Source: Dipteris shenzhenensis
Lineage: Eukaryota
Reading direction: 5' to 3' (one strand)
Assembly: GCA_047967505.1 (NCBI GenBank)
Contig: CM106538.1
Length of the DNA stretch: 64,000 nucleotides
The notes below the pieces were generated by a model that was given only the letters and a program-made list of their open reading frames with translations, was not told where the DNA came from and searched no databases. Both the position numbers and the translations under genes were made by a program. The stretch's first letter is position 1. Each line of letters starts with the position of its first letter. Below are positions 1 to 12,769 of this stretch, piece after piece.

Positions 1-2420
1 AAGAAAGAAGGTGAATATATAGCTCACACACTTTACACATAGAATGAAGAGAGAGAGAGGAGACACTAGCTCTTTGTCTATACAAATGTACACTTCCTAT
101 ATGGGTTTCGCAGGACTATTCATGCCTAGTTTAAATCTCATCCAGAGTTCTCTATATTCTAACCATCTATGCCATGTACACACCATATACATGTATTCCC
201 CACCATATGTACAGGTATGATGACCATCTACCCCATGTTCACAACATATACAACATGTCCCTCCTCGTATACATGGATTATGACCATGCTAATGTCCAAA
301 CTCCAACACTCCCCCAGGGGATAGATGATGACCATCTCATTGGTGGATGGTGTCCATATCACATAGAGATCATGTGGCTAGGCTATTTCTTGGTCCTTAA
401 AGAAATAGCGAACTTGTTGGACAATTCCTTCTTCCATTTCAAGTCTATGAAGTGGTAATAGCTGTCAATGTGCTCTGATTGTTCATGACGTTTTGTATTC
501 TTTTCTAATGACATGGCATCCTAGTTGTCACAAAAGGTCATGGTAGAAACATCTTGAACTACATCAAGATCCTCCAAGAGTCTTCAAAGCCAAATTGCTT
601 CTCCTACACACTCGGCATGAGAAATGCATGTAGGCTCTATTATAAACAATGCCAAATTCCTTCTCCTACACATTGGGCATGAGATATGTACTTAGGCTCT
701 ATTATAGACAATGCCATCGTGTCCTACTTCTTATAAGACCAAGATACAATTCAGCATGAATGTGTATCCTACATTTGGGGCCACAAGCTATGGTTATATA
801 TAAGGGCTCTCTTTTCGATATGCTAGCCTATGGTTGGCTATCACACTAACATATTTGAAAATCCACTCCACTCAATTCAAATGGTGGCATGGCTTTGCCA
901 TAAATTGGCTCACAAGTCCTCTTACATAGGAAATATCAAGTTGTGTTGATGTGATCAAATAGATGAGATTACCAACTATATAATGTATGGTCTTAAATGG
1001 AGCACTTTCCAACTTTTGCAATTTGTGCTTGGTCTCAATAGGTGTAGTCAGAGGTATGGCATCTAATGTTTTGAATTGCTCCAATGTAGAGTCAATGTAC
1101 TTTGTTTGGCTAGAACATATGCTTTCCTCTATTTTTCAACACCAAGAATGTAATGCACAAAACCCACATCATTGATTCCAAACTGTTTTCAAAGATTGGT
1201 CTTGACCTCCTTGATCAGCTACTTACTATGATGAGGTCATCCACATGGACTACTACAATTGTAATGGCATCTAGGCTTTAGTAAACATACACTCCATGAT
1301 CAAGTACACACACACTTTTGGTGAACCCCTACTAGATGAAATATGTGTCAATCTTATTGTACCAAGACCATGGATGTTGCTTGAGACCACAAAAAGTATT
1401 TTCTTATTGTACTAAGCCCATGGGAGCTTCTTGACACCATAATGTGTTTTCTTAATCTACACATCAAGTGCTCAAATCCTTTCTCCATAAATCCCTTGCT
1501 TGCATGGTGTTCTGTAGCCTACTTCTACCATCTATCACCAACATCAAGGTTTGTTTGCTATTGTAGCCTTGCCACTATGCCATTCAAGCTTGGCCTTATT
1601 TACAAGCCTTGTCAATGCTTGCCATTCTACAAACTCTCTACTCGTTGCGCCTCATCTATTTATTACTATATCATGTCAACTCACTCTTAAAGCATATCTC
1701 AGAGTGCGAGCCTTCTCTTCCTTCTCAATAAGCCTCTACTTGCTTCAAGTGTATGCCACCACTGAGACTCTCTCTTCTTTGGAGCTTGCTTCCAAGTTGG
1801 CCTTCATGCATTTTCTTTGTGTGCGCCATCGCCCTTCTCTCAACTTCAAAGTCCTATACTACCCATGGTTGGATCTCTCAAGCATCTTTCAAGTACTCTC
1901 TCTCCAGCCTTTAAAGCCTCATCTTTCTTAGTTCTAAGCTCATTGTAGCCATGAGAGGTGGTTGAAGCATGATCTACTCCTTCAAATATTGAAGTCGTTT
2001 AGAAAATCCTTTACTAGCCACATAGCCTCTTTGAAGAACTCAAAATTAAAAGGAAAGGAAAAAACCAAAGTACTGAAACCATACAAGATCTTAAACACTA
2101 ACAAGTCTCTCAGACACAATAATATGAGAAAATCTCTCAAGAAAAAATTCAAAAATGAAACATAAAGGGGAAGGGGATAGACTCCCAAGATAGTCTAGTC
2201 CCTCACATTGAGACTAACTTAGCTCTACACAATACTAGCAAGAATATATGACCTAGAGATTGGTAATTGGCAATTTTAATGCAAGGATATAAGAACTGAC
2301 AATAGATTGTTGATATAAAAAATGATATCTACACACTTCCTTAAATTAAGAAAGGAGAGGGGGTACTAACATTAGGTCTCTACACATTCACCCTCACTTC
2401 TTTAATACCATGTTAAAACA
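1..2420 (-). mobile_element. Degenerate, internally deleted Ty1/copia relic
   Basis: RT/RH remnants (GNLIYLITSTQLDISYVRGLVSQFMAKP, 872-1084). PPT plus LTR start (GGGGGAG|TGTTGGAG) at ~315-301. Degenerate iMet PBS (AACA|TGGTATTAAAG) at ~2410. Confidence 0.65.
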
Positions 2421-4389
2421 TGCATATACAAAAGTATTATACTAAGAAAAAGAATGTGATAAAATATAAATTGAACCCTAATGTGGGTTGCCCAAAGTCC
2501 ATAAAAACTATTCAATTCACTTCGATGCAAGTTCCTTCTGGAGTTCTATATATTCTAACCGTCTATACCATGTACAAAACAATTCTACATGCATCCCACT
2601 AGAGGTACATGGCTATACTTCAATACAATTAGTTGCCAAGGGTTATTCACAAGGATATGAAAGATTAGTTTCCAAGTGTGATAAGATATCACTATTGTAG
2701 TTGTGTACCAATGATCCATAATTGAAATCAACACCTTCATTACACTTAACTTCTCATTTTGATTGGCCTATCCACTAGATGGAGGCAATTTTTTTATTTT
2801 TAAAATTGTTATAGGTTAAATAAATATATATGGCACAATCTAAAGGGCATGCTATCAAAGAGCATAAACTAGGAAGACTATAGCTTGATTAGAAAAGATT
2901 TTGATTTACATGTAGTCTTGTAGTCTTGTAGCAATGATATTCTTGCATGTGGTCTTACATGTAGCCTTGTAGCAATGATACTCTTGAATGGGCATGAGCC
3001 ACTCATCCACCAACCTCAGTTGGAATCTCTTTAACGTCAAAGATTTCCTTACTTACTATTGCACTATTTCTTAACACATTTTATCCTCTTGATCATGTGT
3101 TACATATAACCTCACTACAATCTACTACCTAACTATGACTTTTAAAGACTTCAAATGGTACTAAAATAGTAAGATAAATAGCTAAAGAACCAAGTCAAAG
3201 GATAAGAACTGGAATTATCTTTAAAGAATATTCTATGGAATATTTTGAGATGATGTGGGATTGAGTGTAGGTAGAACAATTGTGACCACAGTTAGGATTG
3301 TCTACGGGTAACTTTGACTTTACCATGTTTAAACATGCTTCCATGATAATGGTTGTATTAGCTTGCTCTTGGTTGTAGACGTTTATCCATCCATGTATAA
3401 CTACTTTAATAAGCTACAACCTTGGCTATAGTGTCATTAAAAAAATGACATGTATGACTTAATTATTCATCTAGCATGTAACTATATCCATACATTCTAA
3501 TATTTGAGTAAGATTTCTTTCCAATTTTTTGTGCAACTGTGGGAAAAGACTCCAACCCCTCTTTAAATTACTCAATTTCATATTTAACCAACTTAGCATA
3601 CCTTGATTCATTTGACACCATTTTTAAAAAGTCTTACCATTGAAAATCAAAGGGGTGGTATGTGTATGAATTTTAATGGTATCCCCTACAAGTTTTTGCA
3701 TTCATGCATAGAGATACTTTCATAGCTTGCAAAGATTTGATGATTCCATGATGAATTCTTTTCAAGGATCTATGTTTATTCAAAATATCTTGATTTGGGA
3801 ATTGTACCTTGCCTAAGTTATATCATAGGTTGAAATTCAATATTTTTCCATTCTTAAAGGCACAAATCCTAAATTCCATCCAAGGACTTCCCTTCTAAAT
3901 TCATTTTTAACCCAAAATGTTAGAGATCAAAACTTCATCCTAATCAAAACCAATATTCAGCCACAACAAGGACCATTTGCAAACTTTCAAGCAAAATATT
4001 TAATTCTAGGAATTGAAATAAATTGTAATTATTATACTAATTCCAATCCATATTATAGAGAAATTTCACCATAACTTGATCAAAACACATCAGAATTAAG
4101 TGCAATCTTCATTATCAAGTTTAGCACACCAAATCCAATATTTATGAATACTTTCTAAGAATATTGGAACATCTTTCATGATATGATGCCTATACCAATT
4201 TTTTGTACTCTATTTTGTAACTTTTGCAATATCTTGATTGTCCTTAATGAGAATTCAATTCTATCTGAATTCATGTGTAGATCTTGCACTAAAAGATACA
4301 ATTTCAAAGCTTCACATGGAAGTTTTAACATAAAAGTATTAAAACATGATAAAGCTCATGGCAATGCATTTCTTGGATCTAAATAGCAA

Positions 4390-5236
4390 ATTGGGTGACA
4401 GCTATGGCAATTGGAAATTCCAATTGGTGAACTAATTTGAATTAAAGAAACTATGGAACATTGTCAATGAGCAAGAGAAAAGACCTAAATCCCTATCATC
4501 AACATTAACAACACCATTGATAATGGATAAAGCAAGAGAAATTACTGAAAAGCAAGCACACTAGGATGAAAGAGCTCAATTGGCTTTTACCATGATCAAG
4601 ATAGCTTAATAGAAGCTTAATAAGACAAGGCCAAATGTCTCTTATCCTATTTGTGTTCTCAGTGAATTCATGTAGAATCCCAAAAAGATTCATTTCCTTG
4701 TAGCTAAAAAATTCCTTTAATGCTTCAAATGTACATGGGATTATGAATTGCATTATGACAAGTTAATAGAAGTCAACTTGCAAGGATATACTAATGTTGA
4801 TTGGGAGAAGTGCACATGATAGAAGATGTACAATTGGATATAATTTTAGACTTGGATCAACAACTTTGTCTTGGCAAAGCAAGAGACAACCAAAAGTGTC
4901 CTTGTCATAAATAGAAGTAGAATATAGAATGCTACGTGTGGTGTGAAGCAATCTAGTTCACAAGACTTATTTCAAAAATTGAATTTGTTTTCAAAGAACC
5001 AACCGTGCACTATTTTGAAATTATGAACAACATTAACTCACAAGGAATCTAGTCTTATATGCCAAAACAAGTCATATTGAAGTGCATTATCACTTAATGT
5101 TCTCAATGAAGAAATCAACCTTTTTCATTGTCCAACACAACAAGTTGCAAATATTCTTAGACACTTTCCCTTGAAAAGTTCTCATACATTTTCCCATAAT
5201 TTTGGCATTTTCCAACTACAACTTAAGAGGGAGAGT
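4390..5236 (+). mobile_element. Degenerate copia RT/RNase H fragment
   Basis: Frameshifted translation gives [19 protein letters not shown] (~4850-4907) and RNLVLYAKTSHIEVHYH (~5043-5093); PPT-like AAGAGGGGAG at ~5225. Confidence 0.7.
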
Positions 5237-5623
5237 TATGCTTAAGTTGCATTCCGATGTCATATAACTTCGGATTTGACATGTTTGTTCTAATGAACTC
5301 AGAAGTAAATGAAATATATTACACACTATGCATAGCACATCAAATGTTGCTCCATTGTTTTGACTCGATGTGATATTGAACCCTAATACTTATTCACATT
5401 GATCAATAATCCTGTCCATAATTTTTAGTATATTTCATTACTTATGGCTTGAAAGTTTTCTTTTGTAGATTTCACATTTAGGTCCATAGGTGTAATGTTT
5501 ACCTAGAAACTTGCATTCCATGATTAAATACATTGGGTAACTCAAAACTTACAACTAGATGCTCTTCATATGTTTGATAAAGAACATGTAAAAGTGCTAT
5601 TATGATGTTTTCTCCGTTAACTT

Positions 5624-6050
5624 TAAGATAAAGTGTGCTGCTAGAATTCAATTTTATAAATCCCAATTTTGGAAAATATCTACAAATTTTACTGTTTAGG
5701 TCAATACAAGCTTTTTCCTTAATCTAAAAAGGTCTTGTTTTGGTTTCTCTATGTTATCTTTAGTTTTCCATGTTGGCCTTTTTGTTACTATTCACACCAA
5801 GAACAAGTTAATGATACCCAAAATTTGATGAGTATATATATAAGATAAAGTGTGCTGTTAGAATTCAGTTCGTAAATCCCAACTTTGGAAAATATCAATG
5901 AATTCTACTGTTTAAGTCAATACAAGCTTTTTCCTTAATCTGGAAAGGTCCTCTTCCTTTGGTTTCTTTATGTTATCTTTGGTTTTTCCATGTTTGCCTT
6001 TTTGGTATTATTCGCACACCAAGGACAAGTCAATGATACCCAAAGTTTTG
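5624..6050. repeat. ~217-bp diverged tandem duplication downstream of CHUP1
   Basis: taagataaagtgtgctg...aatgatacccaaa at 5624 and 5841. Confidence 0.9.
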
Positions 6051-6467
6051 ATTGAGGATGTGTGTGCGTGTTACTAGTGGTAACTTTTCTTATTGACCTT
6101 AGATATGCGACTCCTGTTATAATTGTAATTGTCTTCTCTGCTGGCACATCACAACTCCTGTGTCTTACTTTTGTACAGTGCTCATTTCTTGAAGTTTGCT
6201 ACATGCTAATTCAATGTAAACATTTTTAGTTACCTTTTCCTCTTAAGTAAACCTGGGTCATTGCTATCTCAACCGTTTAAATACCCATACTACAGCTTTG
6301 ATAGTCATACTCTTCATTGATACAAGAGACTCATCCTTGACAGCAGCATGTTCTCACTGATGAAATTACTTGCAAGCATGCAGCACCACGATGAATGAAA
6401 ATTTGTATCAACAAACTTTACTTCTAGGTTCTCATTGTTTTGCATTGTGCATGCACACATGCAGAGC

Positions 6468-6587
6468 AAGAAAATTTCAGAGCACAAAGGCATTTCTTTG
6501 ATGCAGAAGGTAGCAAGTTCAGAGCCTAAGAAAATTTCAGAGCACAAAGGCATTTCTTTGATGCAGAAGGTAGCAAGTTCAGAGCCT
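6468..6587. repeat. Perfect 60-bp tandem duplication
   Basis: aagaaaatttcagagcacaaaggcatttctttgatgcagaaggtagcaagttcagagcct occurs twice. Confidence 0.95.
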
Positions 6588-7379
6588 TCGTCTACAAAAC
6601 GACTACAATGTGATCAACTGTCCTCCACACACAACTCATTTGTGCAAAATATTAATTTTACCTCAAACCTAAGCTGTCTACGAGCTCTCAATGGACAACA
6701 GGGAAGCTCTGAACAAGTATCCAATAGAGCAGGGCAGTGCCAGATTCACTTGGCAATACCAGAACTTGAAAGAAGTACTTTTTAAATTTTTCAGCAAGGA
6801 AGAAGCAGAAGAGGTGAATGATCTCAACCAACTCAATTGCTGCTTTCACTCGGACAAAAGCCCAATGTAAATCACTCCTTACAAAAACCAATAAAGAGTA
6901 ATGCTCTTCATAGTATGCTGTTGATGTTACATTATCCACGAACACGTAAGACAAAGTCAACCTGCTTTTATTTGCTGTTCACAATGTCACAAACAGTAGT
7001 ACAACCATGTATCATCAATTCACGACAAGACTACTTTGTCAGTAAAGATACAGAGTCCACCAAAAGACTTTCTCGATCGCCACATTTCTCCTGATAACAA
7101 TCTCTCAGGTTCAATGTTAATATACATGTCTTATAGTTACCATGATCACTGTAGCAACAGCAGTTGAATCACTCAGCAGAACTCCCCTTCAAGCAATGCC
7201 GCATGCTGAATTGAAGTAGCATACATGTAGAATGTTCAGATGAACTGCAAAAGGCTTCCTTTTTCTTAGATACTGGTATTCATCGGACAGTGTCTCACTA
7301 CTATACATGATCACTGCATCCGGGTTTGTACTTGTCAACTGGAAGTTACATTAAGGCCTTCTAAAAAGACTGTACCCCC

Positions 7380-10300
7380 CTAGCTTGCTTCTTCATTGTT
7401 GTCATTTGCAGATTGATCTCCACTGTGAGCACGTACACGATTTCGAAGCTCTTCAAATGTGCGCATGCTCTCCGCATCAAATCCTCCAGCAAACTGGTAA
7501 AAAATGCCCATGAGTAAGGATAATCAAACGGGTAAGAAATCGCATGAGTCACAGCCCCCAAATAATCACAAATTTCATGTTGTATAACAGCGACATCCTC
7601 AGCATGTGAAGAGGTTGGTAGCAAAGAGAAAATTAATCATGTTGGTGACTAACCTGATGGACACGGAAAGCAAATCGCACTCCTTGGAGCAACAAAAATT
7701 CTCTCTGTGGCTCTTTTGCAGGGGATGCTACTGATGAATCAAGCTCAGATGCTACTCGCTTCATGTACTTCCTTGCTAGTTGTACAGTTGCCAATTTAAT
7801 CTGCAATTACCATGCATCCCAACCCTTAAACATCAAGGACCCATAGATGTCTTGACGCAAGTTATATGTATATACCTGGATGAATCCAGGAACATTCCCA
7901 AACTCATCCCCTAAAACACAGTTTCAATCTCATGATAGTCACTCATTGTCACTCATAAATACAAGTTATATGTATGTCAGAAAGGCGTTGCTTTTTTTAG
8001 TGTAATGCCTGCTTCTATATACTGAGAAAAAGTCTCAAACACAAACCATTTGGAACATACTGCCTCCCTCCTAACTACTGTAGGAGAGATTCATACCTTA
8101 CCCACCAAACCAGAATCAAGCATCCACTGTGTAGGGATACTAAAATCTTTATAGCGTGATATAGCCATGTCTCGAGTTCTTAAAAGAGCATACACGCTTT
8201 GCTCCACCCTGTGTTGAACCATGAAATCGTCAAACAATAACTTCCAAATCCAAGCACAAGAGCAATGCTGCTGCTTCAGAAGATTTGAGGACATCTATTT
8301 CATCCTCACAACAAACACCTCGAAGTCTGCTCTCTAATAAAGCAAAAGAGGATTCGCACACTTCCATCATCATAAAACACTTACTTCTCTAATAAGGAAA
8401 GCATCTTCTTCAAAGACAGTTCGCAAGGCAGGCGAGGATCATCTTGAAATGAGCTGATCTCCACTTCCAGCTTTTTCAAATCCTGATATTCGAAGGATGC
8501 CTCTCTCAGAGCATCAGCTTTGCTCTCAGGCCAATCGAAGTGCTTCAGCACAGCTCGCTCATCCACCTGCCAAAAGCAATACAGCAGTCATTATCTCAAA
8601 AAAACACGGACAGCCAACATGACAACAAAGAAAGTTGGACAGCCCACATGACAGCAAAGAAAGAATATCCAACATTTATTATGCTCTGGCAATTCTCTAT
8701 GTTTTCCACTTAGCCAACACCATTTACATGGAAATACCACTGAATCAAGGAACTTGCCCTAACTTATCATGTAAAATTTTAATTCAAAAAAAGTGAGATA
8801 GCATCCCAACAAGTTAAAGAGCATCAACGTCTACAGCAAAGACTAGCTACTATGATATTCTCAGAGTATGCATCAACACCAAATAGTGGGTGCAGACTAT
8901 GGCATAAATATAGCTTGCATTTATGCACCAATCTCCACGCACCCACACACAAACAAGGGCATTCACTTATGGAGTTTCCGACGGTAATCTTGAGACAAAT
9001 GGTAGACTTACGTATATCATTGCAACACTAGACTCGGTATATCGGTAGAAATATGTAACCCAAAAAACAACAATAGGAAGAAAGACTACGTAGAAAACAA
9101 AACAAAAGCTGCCTTCTGGGTTTTGACAATCTAGCTGCAATCCCTTGGGTTGCTCACTATTGTGGGAGAAGGAAAGAAAATACACTGCAAAGAGAGGGAA
9201 GAAAATACACTACGAATAGAGAAACCAACAGGGGACACACGTTCGCGCGCACACACACATACACCCCTATACATAGAGAGTCAGCAGCTGCTGCAGCAAA
9301 TCCAAAATCACTACCTCCAGTCAAGGATTAGGCCAGAATATGCAGCCATTGAACTCTTATCAAATTAACCTTACATCTATACAAACGAGAGATAAATTTT
9401 GAGATACCATGAACCCTGCTAACTTCAGCACGGATAACTCTGCATGAAGGGAGTTGTGATCATATCATTTCTAGCCTAATGGATCCTACGAAAATATCAT
9501 ATCTGCATAAAGGGAGTTGCAATCATATCATTTCTAGCCTAATGGCTCAAATCTCCAAATACATGGCAAACCACTCCCAAAGGTTGCAGAACACCTTTCA
9601 GAAACAATTGAGGTTGATTTGTTCCTGAAAGCTACACAACTAGCTTCAAGTGCAAAGGCAAATAAAGAGATCCACAAGTAGCAATTGAGGTTGATTTGTT
9701 CCTGAAAGCTGCACAACTAGCTTCAAGTGCAAAGGCAAATAAAGAGATTAACATATCTTACCAAAAAGGACAGCTCTTCGTCCAGCCAAGAAACGAAAGC
9801 TACCACATCCTCAATGTCATTGTATGCAGCATTTCGAACTTCTGTTGCTAGTGATTGAACAAAATCGCCCTGTGTCTCAACATCCGCTTTGACCTGATAA
9901 CCAACACAGTGATTCATTGCCTTTAAGCAAAAACCACTTGTAAAAAGATGAAACGTCACATTGTTAATGATATTTAAGAACATTGTTAGTGGCAGTATGT
10001 ACTTACCGCTAACAAAAATGTTGAACGATTCTCAATTTCACCAATCATATTGTTTCGCACATCTGACACATTAGCATCCGAAGCTCCTATAGCAGTATCT
10101 TTTTTGGCCTCTCTTCTCATCAATGACTGGTAGAATTCCACCACTTCTGGGGCTCTCTGTACCTTATCCCCTCCTGGTCCCTGTGACTTCATTAAACCTC
10201 CAGGAGGTGGAGGAGGGGGGGGAGGACCTCCAAGAGCACGAGGAGGCGGTGGCGGCGGTGGTGGTGGACCAGGAGGGGCTCCTCCTGGTGGTTTGGCAAC

Positions 10301-12769
10301 CACATTGGCACCCAACTGTCCTCCTGCTGAAGCTTTTGGTGGAGGCTTTGCAACCCTCGGTTCCCTCTTCTGGACCTCAGAGAACTTCATCTTGTGCACC
10401 TCAGGACGCTCAACATTTTGGTCGTGTGCTGAAACGATATCAGCACCCCTATCAGGCTTGAACTTATCTCCCAGCTTCCCAGGCTTAACTCTGTCGATTT
10501 TCAGAGGTAAAGCTGGATCTGTCTTGAATTTTTCTGATAGCCTCTCAGCCCTGGCCTGGTCAGCTTTCTCCTTTATAGCTTTCTCTCTTGCTACAGCCAA
10601 TTTATGCCTGTCTTTAAATGCAGGGTATTTTTCCTCAAGGACTCCAGCGACAGACTTTGACATGAGCTGAAATGAAGCAGCTACATCGCTCACAGGCTCA
10701 CTGAGTTCACCACTTGGTCTTGTTCTGATAGAGGCTAAATTCCCAAGTGAATCAGCCAAGGCATTAGAATCAGAGGTAGAATACCTGGAGCTAGCAGTGT
10801 CCATAGTCTCGTTTGTGCCATAAGAAGTAATGGCTACAGAATCACTGTTATTCCTTAAAATGAGACTTTCCAGCGATCCCTTTGAGTTCGAATACCTATG
10901 CCCAGGACTTGAGATCCTACCTGGTGAACTCCTCAAGTCTAGAGAAGAGGAAGCAGGTGACAATGGGTTGTCTTCTTTGCTTCGACCCCATTTCCTCAAC
11001 TTTTTTATAAGACCAGACTTTTTGGAGTTAGACTGACGGGCAGGTAGACTATCAAATGAAGAATCATCAAAGTCCCCATATTCAGATGGAGTTGATGGTA
11101 GTGAGGAGATACTATCATAGTCATGCTCACTTTGCTCTTTGGCTTTTGAAGCTAAGAGATCTGGACCTGCATATTCCATCATGAGCTGCTTCGCTTTCTC
11201 CTGTGATTTGGGACTCAAGCTCTTCCCCAGGTCGAGAGCTGTCAACTTTCCAGGTGGTGCCTGATAATTTCTCAATTCATACCTCAGGCAGGCATTCACC
11301 CACCTTAGATACACAAGTTCCTCGACCTCACTGAATCGGTTCATTTGCAAGCCTTCTACCTGCTTACTCAGGTCCTCATTTGTGAGTCTCAACGCTGAAG
11401 CTTCAGCTTGCGCATTGGCTACCAGATCACTCTGCGACAGAAAAGTGGGGGCAAAACCAAAAAATTGGAATCAGTTTTCAGGTCTTGCAACCTGCCGTCT
11501 TGTGGCCAAGAAAGAAATTAAAGATGAAAACTTACCTCTGTTAAATTTGCAAGCTCTGCAATCCGTGCCTCCGCTGCAGCCAGTTTCACTGTCAGTTCTC
11601 GCTTTTGATGCTGAAGCTCTTTGCTGGTCCTGCGTAATTCTACAACTTCAACTTCTAATTCTTTCAGGGTCTGCAATTTCCTCTCCATTTCAAAGTCCTT
11701 CTTGGATGCCTCCTGCTCCCTTTCTTGAAGGGTGGCAACTTGTTGCTTTAAAATGAGAAGCTGTGCTTTAGTTTGGCCAGCATCACTCTGTATTGTCTTT
11801 TGTAAATCCTTGGCTTTTGCTCTTGCTGCCTCAAGCTCTTTCTTCAGGCTTTCCTTCCCTGCAAGCTCTTCAGACATTTTCTTCATTTGATCTTCCAAAG
11901 ATCTCAATCTTGCATTCAACTTTTCGATTTCTGCATTTTTCTTCCGCAGTTGTCTTTCCAGCTCTAGATAGCTCTCCTCTTGCTCCTTCAAACCATAATA
12001 TTCAAGTAACTCTGCTTCAAGTTTCATTTCCTTTTCCCTCAATTCCACCACCACCGCCTTCAGCTTGGCAAGCTCCACAATTTCATTTGCACCAGTGCCC
12101 TGACTTTCTACTTTGGATGCAACCTTGGTAGTCTTGTTAGAGGAAGCCAAGGCTTCAAAGAGCTCCAAAGCTTCATCATCTTCAGAATTCGACTCATACC
12201 TTTTCGACTTCTCTGAATCCGATGGGAAATCCAGACCCCCTTGGAAAAGGTCATCGAATTCCGGCAGCAAGAGCTGATCACTCTCTTGGAAACTCTTAGT
12301 GCTCAAAGCAGGACTGAATGTGCTGATACGTTTCACTTCCTCCTCCTGGACAAATTAAGTATATGGTCAGCGAAATTTCAAAAGCCTTCCATTTCAGATG
12401 CTTTTTTGACCCCGTTTCTGTCTGTGCGCATGCCAGCATACGAAATTTGCACACATTCCATACAAAAAGGCACAGTCAAGCGAGAGCGATCCGACAAACC
12501 TCCTCTTTCGGTGCTGAACGAACATCGGCATAAGTGTAAATCTCCTTGCCAGCATTGCGCTCTTCTTCTTTCGGGAAATCTGCAATAGGCAAATCCAGGT
12601 AACAAGGTAAGGCACAGACGTTGGTTCCAAAAGATATTCCGAATTCCCGCACATTAGGGATTCAACTATTACCTCGAAGACCACGGTGCCGATCATGGTT
12701 ATTCCTTAATTGCGCAAGTGTAACGGCTACCACGGAACAAGTGACCGCAAGGACTACTCGTACTAGCAT
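7380..12769 (-). CDS. CHUP1: CHUP1, chloroplast outer-envelope actin nucleator/chloroplast positioning protein; 9 coding exons, 3099 nt, 1032 aa
   Basis: Manually spliced exons, all GT-AG and phase-compatible: 12769-12673 (MLVRVVLAVTCSVVAVTLAQ..., hydrophobic N-terminal anchor), 12579-12500, 12345-11536 (coiled coil, LLEYYGLKEQEE), 11431-10007 (EELVYLRWVNACLRYELRNY, YPAFKDRHKLA, poly-Pro tract, RAPEVVEFYQSLM), 9893-9762 (VKADVETQGDFV), 8566-8385 (DERAVLKHFDWPE), 8208-8097 (VEQSVYALLRTRD), 7800-7654 (LLLQGVRFAFRVHQ), 7493-7380 (FAGGFDAESM...stop). Motifs and exon order match the CHUP1 family as I recall it. Confidence 0.96.

Noticed and set aside
10123-12588. Plus-strand ORFs overlapping CHUP1 exons, and likewise those overlapping the copia pol
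   Set aside because: Antisense shadows of real coding sequence with no independent motifs.
12394-12696. 100-aa ORF MIGTVVFE... as the CHUP1 N-terminus
   Set aside because: Wrong frame. The ATG at 12769 gives the expected hydrophobic anchor and phase-compatible splicing.
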